From the NCBI RefSeq assembly GCF_009914755.1, contig NC_060941.1: a DNA stretch of 64,000 bases, one strand, 5' to 3'. Below, piece after piece: positions 48,495 through 64,000 of this stretch (positions are counted from its first letter, which is position 1; each line of letters begins with the position of its first letter). The notes beneath the pieces were generated by a model, which worked only from the letters and a program-made list of their open reading frames with translations, had not been told where the DNA came from and ran no database searches. A program made the position numbers and the translations under genes. Source of the DNA: the human T2T-CHM13v2.0 reference genome, Homo sapiens.

Positions 48495-48550
48495 CCGGTG
48501 ACTCAGCCACGGGTTCCATGTGGCAGGAAGTGGGCACAGTGACTCACGGG
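48495..48550. promoter_or_regulatory. AP-1 / ETS / AP-1 composite
   Basis: TGACTCAGC at 48499, CAGGAAGT at 48524, TGACTCA at 48540. Confidence 0.55.
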
Positions 48551-49075
48551 GTGGCTTGGTCCCCTCCTTTGTGGAGGCCGGGATAGCAGCTCAGGCCCCA
48601 GGCCAGTGATGGCCTGTAAGAGAGGAGGATTTGCACCCCACAGTGGCAAGCCCCAAGGAGGGCTGCCCTAGATGGTGGGGGGCCTGGAGCACTCAGCTGG
48701 GGTGGGGGCCCCGCCTCGCCCTCTTGGGGCCGGCAAAATCTACCCTCTGCCAGCTCTGACCACAGCCTGCAGAGTTTTCCAGCCACTTGTGGGCATGTGC
48801 ACAGTGCTGGACACTCTGTAAGAATTCCCCACTGTCTGCAAAGCCGGCAACAGCTGCCAAGGTCTCCCACCCTGCTGGCTGCCCCCAGCCATGCACCTTC
48901 TCCGGGGGGCCTTGTTAGCACTCAGCAGGCATGCAGACCGCCAAAGGCTCAGTTCCCTGGGGCCCAGCCGCTTCCAGGCTGTTCAGGCTCAAGTTCCACT
49001 GGTTGGTGCCAGTGACTTGTCTACTGTCTCATCGGTAGGCTCAAAACTAACACCTTTAGAACTGTTCGTGATTGA

Positions 49076-49411
<336 letters not shown>

Positions 49412-50158
49412 TTAGGGGACGAGACTATGTCCCTCCTCTAAGACGTCCTGACCTCTGCAACTTCTCTTCTGCAGACTCCAGGAGCACTTAGGGCCGGGGT
49501 TGCTCCCTTTAACGTTAAGGCCGTGCTCACATTTGGTGGGAGGATGACCCAGTGCTTGTACATCTGCTGTTTCACATCCTCACAACAGAGAAGGAAACTA
49601 AGGCTCAGAGAGGTTCAGGAACTTGCCTGAGGTCACACAGCATGAAGTGGTGAAGTCGGGATTTGAACTCAGGCCTTCCTGACTCCCACGTTGGTCCTGC
49701 CCATATCCCACCTCAGGATGGCTGTGCTGTGCATTTTGACAGTTAATGGGCGTTCACCTCGCTGGATGGCAAATCTGGCAGGCTGGCCAGGACTGCGGCC
49801 TCCTCACTTTCTAAAGCCGTCCTGGCAGCCCCTGACATATCAGGAGTGTTCAGGCATGACTCACAAGTGGACTGAGTGCCCGATGGGTTCAAATCCTCTG
49901 CAGGTGGCTCTGGGCAAAGCACCAGCCTCTGCAGCAAACCCTGCCCCATCCCAGTGGAGCCTCCTGCCCCTCCCTCTTACCCCCACGGCTCCTTGTCAAC
50001 AAACACTGGGCAGATCCCTTCCTCCACTACCACGTGCCGGCTCCTGTCTCCCGGATTCTCCCTTGCAGGCCTCGCCGTCTCTCTCTGGCCTCCCTTTTCC
50101 TGATCTGTTCATAACTTTCCTCCTCCTGTGTGTTTCCCTTTGCTCCTCTCTCTCTTTC

Positions 50159-51158
<1,000 letters not shown>

Positions 51159-51849
51159 CTCTTTCTCTCTTTCGAGTTCCCTTTCTGCTCCCCCTTGGCC
51201 TTCCCTCGATCCCCTTCCTCCTCTGTGTTGTCATCAGGCTGCTGTTACGAGTCCAATGTGGTCCCCCTCCTGTGTGCCAGTGCTGGGTCCACCCCTACTG
51301 ACGGCACCTGCAGGACGAGGGTCACCACTTTGCTGGGTCACTTCCCATTTCCTCTGTGCTTCCAATGAGCTGGTGGGGATCCTGGGGTTGTCCCATCCAG
51401 CGTCCCTAGTGGTACCTCCCGAAGTCTGGTGTTTTTGAGTGGACGGCCCCGGGGGTTCAGAGTGACTCTTCCTCACCTGGTCTGTGTGATGAGGCAGTGA
51501 ACACCCCAGGGGAGAGGCTCTTTGGAGGCTGGAAAAGATGCCCCTCTGAGAATCCGGTACTTGGAGGGCTCTTGGTGAATGATGTTTTTCTTTTCCGTCA
51601 CTGTACTGAGTTGAAATCGGCCTCCTGGAAAGTTATTTCCCTGTGTTCTTTGATCTGGGTGAGGGAAGCCATCTCCCTGACTAGCTGACAGTCACTTGAT
51701 CGTCAACTAGCTAGTGAACCTCGTCATAGCTTCTCTCTCTCCTGTAAATAACCTGGGTTCCATCAGCTGCTCCCACGGCTCTGAGCCTCAGACCCCTTTC
51801 CCTGCCTTTCTGTCCTCCTCGAAGGCCCCCCAGTCCTGAGACATCTGGG

Positions 51850-52280
51850 TAACCTGATTGCTGGACTCGATTTTCAATCCTGTTCAATTTCATCTGAGTC
51901 GTTCAACCTGTGGGTCTAGCCTATCATCCTTCTGGGGGTTACTCTCCAGTGTTATCTGCAAATCCAATCACATCATGGTCTTCATTCAAGTCATTGATAA
52001 AAACGTTAACTAGGACATGGTCTAGGTCACAGCCCTGTGGCACATCTCTGGAGACTTACTTCTAGATGAGCACTGGTTTACTTATCAACGGCCTTTTGTT
52101 TTGTTTTTAGTGAATCTTTCTACCTGCCACCGCCGCATTAAACTGTTTTCTAGGCTACTTTGTTTCCTGTCTTGTGTAAGGCTATCACAGGAAGTTGAAT
52201 GTTCTGTGAAATCAAGGTATTCTATACCCATAGCATTTCCATGATCTGAAAATCTTGTCAAAGGAAAAAGGAGTTACTTA
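51850..52280 (-). mobile_element. CR1/L3 LINE reverse-transcriptase fragment
   Basis: The minus strand translates VSRDVPQGCDLDHVLVNVFINDLNE...FADNT, matching CR1 GVPQGSVLGPVLFNIFINDL...FADDT. Confidence 0.85.
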
Positions 52281-52465
52281 GGCCAGAGGTGCAAATAGGG
52301 TTTTGTTTTGTTTTTACCTTTGAAAAAATGATGATTTGTATATTCCTGCATTTGTTTTATGAAAATACCAAAATACAGATAAAGGAAAAAAGAATCTGAA
52401 AGCATTCTAAAACCCTCTATGCAGAGATAAGCACTTCAAACATTTTGGTATGTATTTCTGGAAGT

Positions 52466-53525
<1,060 letters not shown>

Positions 53526-54432
53526 TTAATTATGTCCTGTCATCTCCCTGCTTGTAGCTACTAAGATCCCTTAGGAAAGATCCCATCCTGATTTAAGATT
53601 GCATCCCTAATACCTATAACACAATAACTTGCACTTACGGACATGCCATAGATATTTGTTGACTAAGGGCAAGAATATATGAATTTGTTTAGTGATTCAC
53701 TGCAGTGTTTTGTGGGTGAGTAACATAGTCGTGAGTTTCTAGTTTCCCCAGTCTAGTTTCTGGCCCACAGTGGCCTTGTTTGTCATCTTTCTGTCCCTCT
53801 CCTCATCTCAGGCCAAGGGTGAAAGCCAGCAAGAGTCCGGGGCTGGCATCTACCCAGACAGCGTCTCACTCTGCTGCCCAGCCCACTTTCAAGTCAATGT
53901 GGAGCTTCCCAGCTCGCCCTCCCCATCCTGGATTTCAGATCCCTCCTACCCTCACCCTACTTTCTCTCGGAGTTTGACAGGGGAGCAGGTAGAACCTGGG
54001 GCAGATCTGCATTCCCCTGGGAGATGCTTCAAGCAGTGGCAGGGTCTTAGCCTCTGAGCTGCTCCCTGGTAGGAAGGAAGCAACTGCCCCTGGTCTGTGT
54101 TGGGAGATGGACAGAGCTTTAGGATGGACAGGCGTTGGGGATGCACCAGTACACATAGGCGCTCAATAACGGTGGTCTTTATTCTCTTTCCTCTTCTGTC
54201 ATCTGACACGATTCGGTCTTCTCAGCTAAGGACTGGGTCTGTCCTTCGCTCGTCCTTGTAGCCGTGACTACAACCTTCCAAGCCATTTTTGTTTTCTTAG
54301 AGGTTTTATTGGGAGCTGAGGGTTAATAGCACCCCAGCCCCTCCCACCAGGCTCAAGGGGCTCTTTTGCCTTCACTTGTGGTTGAGAGTCCTCCCTCCCT
54401 CCTGCCCTCTTCTCTGTCCTTTTGAAATATGA

Positions 54433-55888
<1,456 letters not shown>

Positions 55889-56811
55889 TAAAATAATGAC
55901 TTTTAAAATAATCCAATACAATAAGATCTATTAAGCACCTAGTACATAACTATGAACCAGGGATTGGGGAGAGAAAGGAGGAAGGAGATTTGATCTCACC
56001 CTCGAAGGGTTTAGAATCTCTCCACTAAGATTTTTAGGAGTTAGAGTTGGAAACTTCACAATCTAAAGTGAAGAAAGACGAACAGGGTAAAACTCAAGAC
56101 AGTTTTTGTAAAAAGAAATGTAAAACTGTTTGCCTTCCTGTTTCTTCGTCAGGGATAAGTAATTTCCAGTCATCCCATCCATTAAACAAATATGTATTAA
56201 GAAAGAAAAACAGTCCAGGAGCCTACTGCAGGCACAACCGGGGTGCACAGAACCCATCTCGGGAGGCTGGCTCTGCCCCTTGAGAAAGTTCAAGATGAAG
56301 GGGATGCCAAGGCCAGAGGCAAATGTCCAGCCCTCACTAGCGGGGATCACCTCGAGTTCCACGCGAGGGGCTCAGGGTTGGGTAATCGAGAGTGGAAAGC
56401 TCTGGAAAAACCCTAATACCCCTGTTGCAACATTCTAGGAAAATGGTCTGTCTATTGAATAAGAGTGAGTCACCATGGGAAAGTTGGGGCGGTCAACACT
56501 ACCCCGCACTGCTCATCCCCATTCTTTGGCTCCTAGTGATGCTCCGGTCACCCTCTGGGGGCCATGGGGAGGAGGCAGTGACGCCGTGATCCGGAATTTC
56601 AACGAGACATATGCAAATGGCCCAATGGGCTGTGAAGGAAGTTCAGAGACAGGAGGATGAGGCAGCTCAGTGTTTCTAACCCACAAAGCAGAAGTGAGAA
56701 TGGGTGAGAATTCCCAGTCACCTTCCCCTTCTCCTTTCCCTTCTCACTCTACCCCAACCCTACTCCCTGTGTGGGCCCTCTGCCCCTTCCCTGTTCAGAA
56801 ATGAGATCACT

Positions 56812-57395
<584 letters not shown>

Positions 57396-58446
57396 GAAAT
57401 TGAGATCTCTGACTTTTACCCAATTACCCAAGTCTGTCAAAGTACCCATCTGTAAAAGAAACCAGCCTTGTAAGGTTCCTTTCAACTCCAGAATTGAGGA
57501 GTGGGTTTGGGGGCAGTCAGAGGGGGGTGCTGGTGAGCAGGTGACAGGAGAAGGAAGAATCTCCAGTTGAGCCCCCACTATGTGTCAGGCCAGGAACCCA
57601 GGGACCTCACCAGAGCCCTCTGTAGAGGTCAGCATCCTCGTTTTACAGATGACACAATGACACCCTAGTCGGAGGATGATGACACCAGGATCTGACCCAG
57701 TCTTCCCAGGCTCCCCCCCCTCAACTGGAAGCCCCCCAAGATTGGGCAGACATATTCTTTCAGGAAACACCACCACTCTGGTCTATTTCAGCTGCAGGTC
57801 TGATCTCCATAACAGAAGCACACCTGAAAAATACTGCCTTAGCCGCTGAATTTTGATAGAGCAATTCTATATTCCTGGTAACTTCCTCTGTAATTAATCG
57901 TCAATTGATTACTCCGTCACTTACATGTGAGTGTGAAGGCGCTGGCTTCTTTGTCAGGAAGTGAACTCTCTATTGACGAATGAGTCAAAGCACTGGGCGG
58001 CTGTTACTTATTCATGAAGGAGGGCGTTGGCGCATTTAGGTTTCCCCTCACCTGTCCAGCACGCCCTGAAAGATTGTAGTACAGAGTCCTGGGGAGAAAG
58101 TGGTTTCCTGCCTCTCCCTGGGCTCATATTTGAACGGTACTTTCTTTCTCTCTCTCTCAGCAGACTAGGCTCCTCTCAGCAGATTTCCATCCCAAGTTTG
58201 GGTAGCTCTTGCCAAACCTTTTAACCCGTATTCTACAGCAATAATCCAAGTTATAAATAAAACTATTCAATTCAGCTATCTAGTTAATTAAAGAATTAGT
58301 AGCCACTTGTGGATAATATTTATTTTTCTGGGCAGTGAACTGAGTTAGTTGGACTGGGCATGGGGATGAGTTCAATATTTTATTAATTTTCCTTGAGGAT
58401 AGCTATATATTTAGTACACATGTAATACAATGTATTAGTGTGATAA

Positions 58447-59077
<631 letters not shown>

Positions 59078-59324
59078 GAAGCTAAGGGGTGTAAACTGCC
59101 TGGGGAAGACTCTCTGGGGTCATAGAGAGTGGGTTTAGGATCTGGGGGACATTCTCTGTGGCCAGTCAGTCAGGGTGCTGGCCTGACTGCTCAACAAGCT
59201 TCTTAATGACTCTAAACCTCAGATTCTTCGTTTGAAAACCAGGCAGATGAGCTCAGAGAACTGCTGTGTGGATTCCCCCTCCCAGTTCCAGTGTGGCAGA
59301 GTCCTGGCAAGATAGAGTCTACCT

Positions 59325-59432
59325 AGAGCTGCTCAGAAATGCAGCATCTCATGGCCCACCCCAGCCAGATGAATCAGTCTGCAGTTTAACAAGATCCAGG
59401 TGATTGGTGCTGACGTGAAAGTTTGAGAGGCC
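59325..59432. mobile_element. MER5A fragment
   Basis: agaaatgcagcatctc..gaatcagtctgcagtttaacaagatccaggtgatt..aaagtttgaga. Confidence 0.8.
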
Positions 59433-60108
59433 AGGCTAAATAACATGACATATGTAAAACACCTGGCAGAGAGTGGGCATGGATGGGCGTCAGCTGCCCT
59501 CCTCCTCTCCCCCGAGCATCCTCAGACACCATCCCAGGGAGATCTTTTGCTTGGGAGGGAGAGATGTGGGTTGGATTGTGGGTGAAATGTGGGCGACCTG
59601 CATTCTCATGGTGCAGCACATATTTTGTCTCCTTGCAATCATTGATGTGGGCCAGACTGCAAAGTGTGGCCCCTAGGAGTTCAGCATATGGTCCTAAGGT
59701 TACAGGGTGAACCCAAGGCGACCAGGGCCACGTATGCAAGTACCCACAGCTTCTTCCACCAAGCCGCCACCACCCGTGGATGTGGTCACTCACTCTGGTG
59801 GGGCAAGGGGGCAAGAGGGCAGCTGGACCTCTAGTCCTCATATGGGTTTGCTGGTTGTATGTAAAAAGCCCCTTAGGGGCTGGTGTCCGCAATGTGATAC
59901 TGAATGTGATGGTTTAACAGCTTTCATGACACACCCATTTTGGAAGCAGCCATCCTGTGCTGGGCACTGCGGATTCAACACAGACCAAATGGACCCATGG
60001 CAGGAAGGTCGTTAGAGTTAGGATGGGCAGAGAAGTAGCACATGGGGACAAGGGCTGAACCCAGGTCAGCACAGGGTGTTGGGAAGACCACCCTAGAAAG
60101 GAAGTGGG

Positions 60109-60538
<430 letters not shown>

Positions 60539-60599
60539 TCAGCGACCTGGCACTAGGGAATGTTCCTGGCCTAAGGAAGGACCTGGGTCTGGCCAAAAA

Positions 60600-61460
60600 G
60601 GCGAGAGAGCTAGGCGCGGCCTGGGAGGAAGGTGCGGCGCTGGGGAGGGAGGGGAGCCCTGCCCTGGTGTGCCCTCGGTCCCGCGCCGCACACCCTGCCG
60701 GGAAGCCCGGGGCCGCAGCTGCTCGGGCGGCCCGGCCCAGAATAGCCTCCCTTCCGGGCAGGGCTGCCCCGGCCCGCAGCGCCAGCGCCCGAAATAGGGC
60801 TCGGCCGGGTGGCGGGCGCCAGGGGCCGCCCCAGCTGCAGGACTCGCCGGGGAGCCGGGGCCCGCGCGTGGACCGGGAGGGGCTGCGGGGTGCGGGCCCG
60901 GCCCTGGGACGCGAGGACCCGGGTGGGCGGGTCCGCGGGCGGGGTGGGGGCGGGGCGCGGGGCCGGGACCGGGATCCCGGGCGCGGGGCCAGCCCGAGGC
61001 GGGTGGAGCCGGGCGCTGACCTCACAGCCCGCGAGGAAGCCCGTCGGGGCCGGCGGGGCTGATGGAAGGCCTGAGGAATTCGCAGCCGGCGGCGCGGCCG
61101 GGCGCGTTCCCTTCCCCTCTCTCCGTTGCCCGGCGAGGGAGCCACAGCGCAGCGGTTGCCATGGCCACGGGCCGGGCGTGGGGCTGGGGGACCAGGGGCC
61201 GCTGAGCCTCGATCACCTTGTCCTGCTCGAGCCAGGTTGGCATGGACTGGAAGAACCCCGCGGCGGCGGGCGGGAGGTGCTGGGGCCAGGGGAGGCCCCG
61301 AGGGACCCCGCCGCCCGGTCTGCGCCCTGATCCCGCAGGGTCCTGTGGAAATGCGGTGTCTGCCTCCCCGCCTCCTGCGCTCACACATGCAGGCCTGGGG
61401 CCTGCGGGTCCCGGGGCTCTGAGCCTGCACAGCCCACGGGCCGCAGCCGCAGGCCCCGCA
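60600..61460. promoter_or_regulatory. CpG island with GC boxes and two RFX X-box-like sites; likely promoter
   Basis: Dense CpG; GC boxes ~60937-60960; GTTGCCCGGCGAG 61125-61137; GTTGCCATGGCCAC 61155-61168. Confidence 0.85.
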
Positions 61461-63052
61461 CTGGTAGCTTAGGTGGACACGGAGGCTGAGGGGGAGTTTC
61501 CAAGGGGCCTGGCCTCACGCTCTGCCCGTCACAGCCGCCACCCCTCACCGGCCCTCCACCCACCCCTAACTCCTTAACCTCTCCCGGCCTCGGTTTCCTC
61601 ACCTATTAACTAGAGATTAGTCATAGCTACCATCCAGGCTTGTTATATTAAAATAGAATAATTATGTAATGTGCCGTGTGCACTCCAAACGCGGTCCTCT
61701 TTCCCTGTCCCACACCTCCTTCCTCCTGCATCAGGCCTGGGGAGGGGGGCGTGCCGATGTCACCCCCAACCCCCAGGCCTAGAGTCCTGGACACATGGAC
61801 GCCCCTGCCAGAGCTCCCCTCCCCGCGCTTGGGGTTACCTTGAACCCCGCCTCCTACAAGAGGATGGTCCAGCCTATTGTCGGAACCTGCAGGAATCCCA
61901 GGCTGCGACCCAAGAATATTAGCGGAGGCCCAGCCTGGCTGGGGTGAGTCAGCCTCTCCTCCCAAATTCAGTTGCGGCTTCAGCTGCCCTGTGCAGCTGG
62001 GGCTGCTAAGTTGCCAGCAAGAGGCAGCCTCTGAAAATCTCTGGAAAGACCAGCATGTCCTTGGGGTGGGATTCAGAGCACAGTGGGGTGGGGGAGGGTT
62101 GAGAAGGGGTCTTGATCCCCCTTCTCTTCCTCTAGGGGAGCCGAGGCTTGGGACCAGGGAAGCAGCGGTACCCCATGTGGGGAAGGGCGGGCCTGACTTA
62201 CTGTAACTTCCTGGCCCAAAGCCTGATTGTCCTGTGGTTGGGCTGCCCGGCCAGAGAGGCCCCTGGTGTAGGGAGGACTCAGAGAGAACTTGCCTCCCGT
62301 TGCCAGGGCCCAGTGTGTGTGTACTGGGGGGCGGAGGGGCTGTGCTGTCACTGATTTCCTGAGACAGCTAGTAGACCAGATGAGGCTGCCTGGAAGGTGG
62401 CTCCTCTTCCCTAAGCAGGTTGGGCCACTACCTAAATGCCAGGTTATTTACAAGAAAAAAAAAAGGCTGTCCAGGGGCTCAGCCCCTTTTGGAGGGCATC
62501 AGAGCCGCCAGTGTTGACTGAGCACTCACCATGTACTACGCCATATGGGCGTTTGCTCACTGAACTGTCACAACCACCCAAGAAAACGGGAACTGTTGTT
62601 ATCCCCATTGTACAGATGGGGAGCGGATTTAGAGTCCTGGGATGCAAACTGGGTTTCCCCGCTGGCTCCCGATCCCCACTCCATCTGGCCTATGAGCGTG
62701 GGAACCAGTGTGGCCCGGAAGAGTGGTGGATGGCCCAGCTGACTGCCCAGGTGCCCCCACCCCCCAGCCACATGGGCATGCGGCTTGCTCGGTACTCAGC
62801 TGACTTCCTGTCCCTGGAAGAGCAGCTGCCGGTATGCTGGGGCAGGGCGGTCCCCTTCCTGTGGTTCAGGTAAGGGCATAACCCCATGCCTTCTTGGCAT
62901 CCTCCCTCTCTCCTTTCTCAGGCTCTGCAAGTCCGACCTGGGTGCCCCAGAGAGCTGCTCCGGGAAAGACGTTTACCTGCTGCCCAGAGCTGGGACTGCA
63001 GACCCTGATTGGCGAGGGCTTGGAGAGTAGCTGAGAACCTTCCCTTCAGCTA

Positions 63053-63571
<519 letters not shown>

Positions 63572-63868
63572 CTAGGTGACGCTGCCAAGGAACTGTGGCA
63601 CTGTCCCTACTTCCCACATCCAGCTCCACGGTTCCACCTCCCACCCCCCTTGCCTGTGGAAGCTCAAAATAAGCTTTCTAGAGCATGATGTTTCTTGTGT
63701 GAGGGGTCATCTGAGGTTGTAAAGACTGAAGCTCTTCACCAGAGAAACGCAGGAAGCATCCCGCAGCTAAGTGAGGCAATGTCTGGGGCACGCCAGGCCA
63801 CGCCAGGTAGCTCAGAGGGGAGGAACGCCCCTGGCTACACAGCCTGCGTCTGAGCCCTGCTGGTGGCC

Positions 63869-63883
63869 AGGCCATCTGCTGGG
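63869..63883 (-). promoter_or_regulatory. CTCF-like motif
   Basis: The minus strand reads CCAGCAGATGGCC; motif match only. Confidence 0.35.
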
Positions 63884-64000
63884 CTCCATCCCTGGGCGTC
63901 TTTCCAGCCTGTCTTCAGTGCTCAGGGCGTCTTTAGCAGAGCATAAAGTGGCATTTCACTTGTCCCTCTACCCAACAGCAAGGAAGTGGACCTCTCTTAG

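Noticed and set aside
51540-51741. Homeobox-like RKRKTSFT in an alternative frame (EREKL*RGSLAS*RSS...) with three TGA-CG stops
   Set aside because: No WFxNRR helix follows, so it is not a homeodomain; kept only as an alternative frame for the candidate pseudogene exon

Overview
Primate (human-like) GC-rich genomic DNA. By eye it holds about 70 Alu copies or fragments, roughly a third of the window. It also holds older repeats: L1M 3' ends, MaLR MLT1/MST LTRs, an ERV1 MER4-group LTR, MER53/MER58/MER91/MER5 DNA transposons, MIR/L2 and a CR1/L3 reverse-transcriptase fragment. I recognise no intact protein-coding gene; nearly all supplied ORFs are Alu, simple-repeat or CpG-island artefacts. The unique sequence looks regulatory: two CpG islands (~32.7-33.45 kb and ~60.6-61.46 kb), 16 perfect AP-1 sites, canonical NF-kB sites and RFX X-boxes. 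Two gene-like structures can be inferred. (1) A plus-strand spliced lncRNA-like unit runs from ~13.7 kb into an MLT1 LTR poly(A) signal at ~25.15 kb. (2) A candidate decayed multi-exon gene (unitary pseudogene) lies on the minus strand from the X-box CpG island down to ~49.7 kb; its large last exon is split by an Alu cluster across which one reading frame continues. From memory only and unverified, the layout may be the 9q34.11 LINC01503 region; BLAT would settle this. Repeat boundaries are approximate (about +/-10-20 bp) and subfamily calls are by eye.
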